64,000 nt of DNA from Octopus sinensis (lineage: Eukaryota), in the NCBI RefSeq assembly GCF_006345805.1, contig NC_043019.1:5207360-5271359 (forward strand), written 5' to 3'. Within the stretch, counting starts at the first letter, position 1. The number at the start of each line of letters is the position of its first letter. Positions 52,301 to 59,806 of this stretch are shown here, piece by piece. Both the position numbers and the translations under genes were made by a program. Below the pieces are notes generated by a model. That model was given only the letters and a program-made list of their open reading frames with translations, was not told the origin of the DNA and searched no databases.

Positions 52301-54761
52301 CCACGTTCGGATGTGTGCGTTTTACGTAACACTGGCACAGAAGCCAGTCAAGGCAGCGCTGGCATCGGCCATGTTCGGATGGTGCGTTTTACGTGCCACT
52401 GGCACAGAAGCCAGTCAGGCAGCGCTGCATCGGCCATTCGGATGGTGCGTTTTACGTGCCACTGGCACAGAAGCCAGTCAAGGCAGCGCTGGCATCGGCC
52501 ATGTTCGGATGGTGCTTTTTACGTGCCACCGGCACAGGTATCACAACTACAATTTCCATTTGATGGTGACCTATTGAGTCAAGTACATCAACATCAAAAT
52601 AAATATCAAATGGAAATTGTAGTTATGATACCTGTGCTGGCGGCACATAAAAAAAAGAAGCCACCTATTTACTAATAAACCAACTGGGCACAGTATTGAA
52701 ATGTGCCTCTTTAAGAATTCTATATGTTTAAGTGAATTAGACAGCACTTGTAGAATCTCTTTAGTGCTTACCATACTGGATATAGGCACATGGCTCAATG
52801 GTTAGAGTATCAAGAGTATCAAGAGAGTTCGATTCCTGGACCTGGCTGTGTGTCGCGTTCTTGAGCAAGACACTTTATTCCACATTGCTCCAGTTCACTC
52901 AGCTGTAGAAATGAGTTGCAACATCACTGGTGCCAAGCTGTATCAGCCCCTTTGCCTTTCCCTTAAATAACATCGGTGGTGTGGAGAGGGGAGGCTGATA
53001 GACATGAGATACCAGCGAGCTGGCAGAAACGTTAGCACACCAGACGAAATGCTTAGCGGTATTTCGTCTGCCGCTACATTCTGAGTTCAAATTCCACCGA
53101 GGTCGACTTTGCCTTTCATCCTTTCAGGGTCGATAAATTAAGTACCAGTTATGCACTGGGGTCGATGTAATCAACTTAATCTCTTTGTCTGTCCTTGTTT
53201 GTCCTCTCTGTGTTTAGCCCCTTGTGGGTAGTAAAGAAATAGGTATGCATGGGAGACTGCTGGTCTTCCATAAACAACTGGCCTTGTGCCTTGGAAGGGA
53301 ACTTTCTGGGTGTAACTCCATGGTCATTCATGACCAAAGGGGATCTTTACTCTTTATACTGGACATAGCAATAACCGTCTGTAAATGGCAATTACTGTAT
53401 GCTGTATTCTAAATGAAAAATATACAGGATATTCTGAAGAGGCACTCCGTCGATTACGACAAGGGTTCCAGTTGATCCAATCAACGGAACAGCCTGCAAG
53501 TGGCTGAGTACTCCACAGACATGCATACCCTTAATGTAGTTTTCAGAGTGATTCAGCGTGACACAGAATTTGGCAAGGCTGGTTCTTTGAAATCCAGGTA
53601 CTACTCATTTTTGCCAGCTGAGTGGAACAACGTGAAATAAAGGGTCTTGCTCAAGGACACAACACACCACTGGGATTCAAGCTCACAGCCTTACACTCAT
53701 AAGCCAAAAACCCTAACCACTAAGCCACACAACTTCACTATACAGAATATAACACTGACTAATGATCAGTGCTATATCCTGTATGTGAAATGAATGTGCA
53801 AGTGGCTGAGTACTCCACAGACATGCATATCCTTAACATCATCATCATTGTTCGACCGTGGTTGAGACAATGGAATTTACTATGTTACACCAGACTTCAC
53901 GGTCCATCATAGCATTAAGGAGGTCCTGTTGCTGGATGCCTGTATCCCTGGAGATTACATCAGGGTAGGAGAGTGTGCACCCTCTGGTATCGTGAGCAGA
54001 TGGCTTCCAGAGGAGAAGAGTAGAAATTGCCTTGTTTTCAGCTCTACAACAATGTCCAGCAAACTGGACTCTTCTACTTTTCACAAATGATGACACAGGT
54101 GGTAGTTTCCCATATATTTGTACATAGTTCTCAGGGAGATTCAGTATGACACAGAATGTGACAAAGCAGGCCCTTTGGAATACAGGTACAACTCATTTTT
54201 GCCAGCTGAGTGGACTGGAGCAATGCGAAAATAAAGTGTCTTGCTGAAGAACGCAAGGCACCACTGGGAATCGATCTTTACGGTCATAAGCCAAATACCA
54301 TAACCATTAAGCCATGCACCTTCACTGTACGGGATATGACACTGGTGAAATAAAAAAAAACTAAAAATGACTATCATTTAATATAGCTGTTGACAGATTT
54401 TCTCTTCAGCATTTGAACCAGTCGTGTCCAGCCCAAAATGTCTTTCAAAACACAAGCAATCAACAATTTTGAAATCTCAAGGTTACAAAGATAATACATT
54501 GTTAATTCAAATCAATGAGAATGAATATATATATATTGCACTTGACATATTAAATATGTATTACATTTTGGATATGAAAGAGTTTAACCCACTTCCAAGA
54601 GACCAAGACAAATCTACTTACATTCTCTCAAACATTGATGTAATGGATGGTTGAATTCCCGAAGATCTGGTTCGCTTTGACTTACTTTTCCGACTTTCAG
54701 GGGTGGCAGCTGGAAGTAAGAACAATCTTGTTTTAATTTACACATCACTTTGGCAACACAC

Positions 54762-54797
<36 letters not shown>

Positions 54798-55655
54798 GGC
54801 CCCTGCGCAAGGATGACATGCAAATTCGTGAAGCGTTCCATATATAAAAATTTGTATATATAGGCGCAGGAGTGGCTGTGTGGTAAGTAGCTTGCTTACC
54901 AACCACATGGTTCCGGGTTCAGTCCCACTGCGTAGCACCTTGGGTAAGTGTCTTCAACTATAGCCTCGGGCCGACCAAAGCCTTGTGAGTGGATTTGGTA
55001 GACGGAAACTGAAAGAAGCCTGTCGTATAAATGTGTGTGTGTTTGTCCCCCTAGCATTGCTTGACAACTGATGCTGGTGTGTTTACATCCCCATCACTTA
55101 GCGGTTCGGCAAAAGAGACCGATAGAATAAGTACAGGGCTTACAAAAGAATAAGTCCCGGGGTCGAGTTGCTCGATTAAAGGCAGTGCTCCAGCATGGCC
55201 ACAGTCAAATGACTGAAACAAGTAAAAGAGTACTCGTTGCCAGAACTGAAGAATCTGGTCTTTTATTTCTTTAACCAGAAGAACAATGCAGCAGGCCATT
55301 ATCTTTAATTTAACCCTTTAGCATTTAAACCGGTCATATCTGGCTCAGATAGTCTACCTGTTTTCTGTTCAAACTGGCCATATTAAGCCTCTCGCACCTA
55401 CCCTGCAATGTCATTCTAAAAATAAACAAGCATATCCTCGAAATCTCAAAACTATGAAAAAATACAGGATTAATTTTATAAAATGTGAATATCAGGCGCA
55501 GGAGTGGCTGTGTGGTAAGTAGCTTGCTTACCAACCACATGGTCCCGGGTTCAGTCCCACTGCATGGCACCTTGGGCAAGTGTCTTCTACTATAGCCTCG
55601 GGCCAACTAAAGCCTTGTGAGTGGATTTAGTAGACGGAAACTGAAAGAAGCCCAT

Positions 55656-55700
<45 letters not shown>

Positions 55701-56762
55701 GTGTCAGTGTTTGTCCCCCCCCAACATTGCTTGACAACCGATGCTGGTGTGTTTACATCCCCGTCACTTAGCAGTTCGGCAAAAGAGACCGATAGAATAA
55801 GTACTGGGCTTACAAAGAATAACTCCTGGGGTCGATTTACTTGACTAAAGGCGGTGCTTCAGCATGGCCGCAGTCAAATTACTGAAACAAGTAAAAGAGT
55901 AAAGAGTAAGAGTATTATATTTGACAAAGTAATCTGAATGCTAAAGGGTTAAGGGGACCTTAGGGTGTAGATAGAGAATGATCCTTTCTACTATATGTAC
56001 AAGGCCAGGAATTTGGTGGAGGGAGACAAATCTATTACAATGACCCCAGTACTAAACGGGTACTTATTTTATCAACTCCAAAAGGATGAAAGGCAAAGTC
56101 GACCTCAGCAGAATTTGAAGGGAAAAAAAACAGGATAGTCACATGTGGAATATCAGGTCTACCCATATCTTTGATCAATACCCCTGATTGTAGCTCTCAT
56201 CAATATCTTTGAGATCATAGCTCTCATCAATATGATCATATGTTTCTCAAAGGTGGTCAACTGGCAGAAATGTTCGCATGCCAGACAAAATGATAAAAGG
56301 CATTTTGTCCAACATTACGTTTGTGAGTTCAAATTTGCCTTTCATCCTTTCAGGGTCAATAAAATAAGTACCAACCAAACACTGGGGGTCAACATAATCA
56401 ACTCATCTCCTCTCCCCTAAACTTGCTGGCATTGTGCCAATATTTGAACCCAACATAATCATATGTTTGGTCACTCAATATCTTTGGTCCCTGATCAACT
56501 CAATCAAGCCTGACCTGGGAATTAAACGACAGCAATAACCAAAAAGGGTCACCAAGTGAAAACCTGACATTGATGGAGCTGAATTCTCTCCTTAATTAAA
56601 ACAAGAAATATTTTGCTGCATGTCACATAATTAAATACACAAAGGACCGAAAGATCAACTTACGAGGATTTTTATCATTTCCTGGTTCAGACGACGGAAC
56701 TGCTTCTGGAAATTTCACATCATCTTCTGTGGAATGACCATTCTGAAAGACAAAACCAACAG

Positions 56763-56796
<34 letters not shown>

Positions 56797-59753
56797 TGTT
56801 TAACGTCCGCTTTCCATGATAGCATGGGTTGGACGATTTGACTAAGGGCTGGCAAACCAGAAGGCTGCACCAGGTTCCAATCTTGATCTGGCAGAGTTTC
56901 TACAGCTGGATGCCCTTCCTAACACCAACCACTCCGAGAGTGTAGTCGGTGCCTTTACGTGCCACCAGCACGGGGGCCAGTCAGGCGGTACTGGCAACGA
57001 CCTCGCTCAAATGTTTTTACACACGCCACAGGCACCAGTAAGGCGACGCTGGTAACAATCACGCTCGAATGGTGCCCTTTTACGTGCCACGGCCTGGAAG
57101 TCAGTTAGCTGCTCTGGCAACGATCACGCTCGGATGGTGCTCTTTGCACCCTACTAGCATGAGCATAAGTGCCAGTAAGGCGACGCTGGTAACGATCACG
57201 CTCAGATGGTGCTCTTTGCACCCTACTAGTACGGAGCACAAGTGCCAGTAAGGCGACTGTGTATATTCTGCATTTGTTTACATAGCCAGTCAGTTTTGGC
57301 TTGATTTCTATGGCTGGACACCATTCCTAACACCAACCCCTCCATTGTGCTGGGTGTCTTTTACAAGTCACTGGCATGAGTGCCTTTTACGTGCCACCCA
57401 CATGGGTTCCTTGTACACATCACCAGCCCAGTTTCCCTGTACGCATCACTGGAACAGATGCCTTGTACACGTCAGAAGCAGGGGTCCTTGTACACATCAC
57501 CAGCACTGGCCACAACCACGACCGTGATTTCACTTAGCTTCTGGCGTCTTCACAAGCGCAACAAATCACCAGAAGTTTCAACCACTTGTCATTTTCATTT
57601 ACAAAAATCCATTCGCAAGGCTTTGATCAGTGCAGGTCTTTAGTAGAAGACACTTGCCCAAGGTGCCATGCAGGAGGACTGAACCTGAAACCATGTGGTC
57701 GAGAAGTTTACTTCTCAACCACACAACCAGACCTGCACTTACATAAAAACATTCACACAGAAGTACAACTCACACAATTACTTACTGTAATTTTCAAACC
57801 ATTTTCTTCTACACCATTCTCGTTTCTTCCATTTGAGCTCTGACCATTCCGTCTGGTTGTAGGTGGAGAAGATTGGATGTTGTCGTTAGTAATAGCATCA
57901 GTGGCTACTGAGGTAGATTCCTTCTTCTCACAGTTATGATCCTTCTCATCCGTTTTACCCATCTTGGACGGTGACAGTCCAGGCTCCACTTCCTCATCAT
58001 TTTCGGCGCTATCACTAATGCCATTTTTTTTTTCTGCTGAACGTTTGGACGCTGGTGTTGTGTCGTCTTTGGTGACCTCCTGAGGCTTAACAAGAACTGG
58101 CTTCAGCGATGGTACTTTGGGTAGTGTGTTAGACAACAGAGGTTGTAGAATGTCTTCCATCTTTTTGCAGAAACCTTTCTGGAAAGAGAGAGAGGGAGAG
58201 AGAGAGAGAGAGAAAATATAAGAAGAGGGGGGAAAGAAAGTTGGGAAAAAAAATTGGAAATTTGACCAAACAGAATATTGAACCTTTTCACACAAATCAT
58301 CTCTGCTTGATTTCACTGTGGTAGCCAGTGGCTCATCTATTGTCACATTAATATGTTTTATAATCAGCCTCTCCCTCCCCGTTGTGACCATGCCCAATTA
58401 ACCTACCCACATGCTACCCTAGCACAATTACTGCAAGAATTTCAATGAACTTTTTCTCTTCATATATCTACTCCCTACCACCGTCACACACTCTCATCAG
58501 CATCTGCCTTCCATGCTAGCATGGGTTGGATGGTTTGACAGAAGCTGGGCGGCGAGCTGGCAGAACCGTTAGCATGCCGGGCGAAATGCTTAGCAGTATT
58601 TCATCTGCCGCTACATTCTGAGTTCAAATTTCGCAGAGGTCGACTTTGCCTTTGATCCTTTTGGGGTCGATATAATCGACTTAATTCGTTTGTCCTCTCT
58701 GTGTTTAGCCCCTTGTGGGTAGTAAAGAAATAGGTTTGACAGAAGCTGGCTAGGCAGAAGTTGCACCAGGCCTCAGTGTCTGTTTTGGCATGGTTTTTAC
58801 GGCTGTATGCCCTTCCTAACACCAAGCACCCTACAGACTGGACTATAACCCTCACTGATCATAAAACTATTGATCATAAATCATTAATCATAAACCACTG
58901 ATCAATATCACTCAAAGAATTTATTGTTTTATTTATTTTAAAGTTTTTTTTTTTTTACACCACTGTCATTCCATTGATGTGGGAACACAATGGGGCCACC
59001 ATGTTGCATCTGTCCCCATACTGAGGCCCTGAACAACATAGATCACTAGGCCTGCTCCAGTTTACTTGACTAAACAAAAAACAAAAACACAAAACAGACA
59101 CCACTCAATCTTACATGCTTGAGAGACTTTAGTAGAAGAAGCAACCATCCGGAAAAATTAGTCCAACAATAATTGCAGCTGACCCATCCAAGCATGAAAA
59201 AATTGCTGTAAAACAGGTTTTAAGAAAAAAAAAACCAGAAAAGAAACCCCAGAAAGGTGTCTACATATACTGGAACATAAGTTTTATAAGTATTTTAGTA
59301 ATTGAGAGATCTCTGCTCCTGGATAGGAAGCTAGTCTATCAAATACTTTGCTTATGGGAGAAAGGATTAAACACAGCACTGCAGCCTAAACCCTCAATCC
59401 TGCAACCACTGTTTACATTGGTTGATGACCTGTACTCAACTATACTACGGAATAATAAATAGGTAGACTTGGTCAAATAATAATAATAATTTTTTTCTTT
59501 ATTCACCAGTGAGGGTTTATATAAAAGATTGGGGACAGCATAGGAGAAAACAACACAAAAAGAATGGGACTTAACTCTTTTACTTGTGTCAGTCATTTGA
59601 CTGCGGCCATGCTGGAGCACCGCCTTTAGTCGAGCAAATCGACCCCAGTACTTATTCTATCGGTCTCTTTTGCCGAACCGCTAATTGACGGGGACATAAA
59701 CACACCAGCATCGGTTGTCAAGCAATGCTAGGGGGACAAACACAGACACACAA

Positions 59754-59806
<53 letters not shown>

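Noticed and set aside
42920-52675. Giant + strand ORFs (up to 3188 aa) in all three frames
   Set aside because: The 67- and 40-bp units are both 1 mod 3 and happen to lack stops on this strand, so ORFs cycle through the same three peptides. They are antisense to DNMT1, derive from a non-coding UTR repeat and show no domain.
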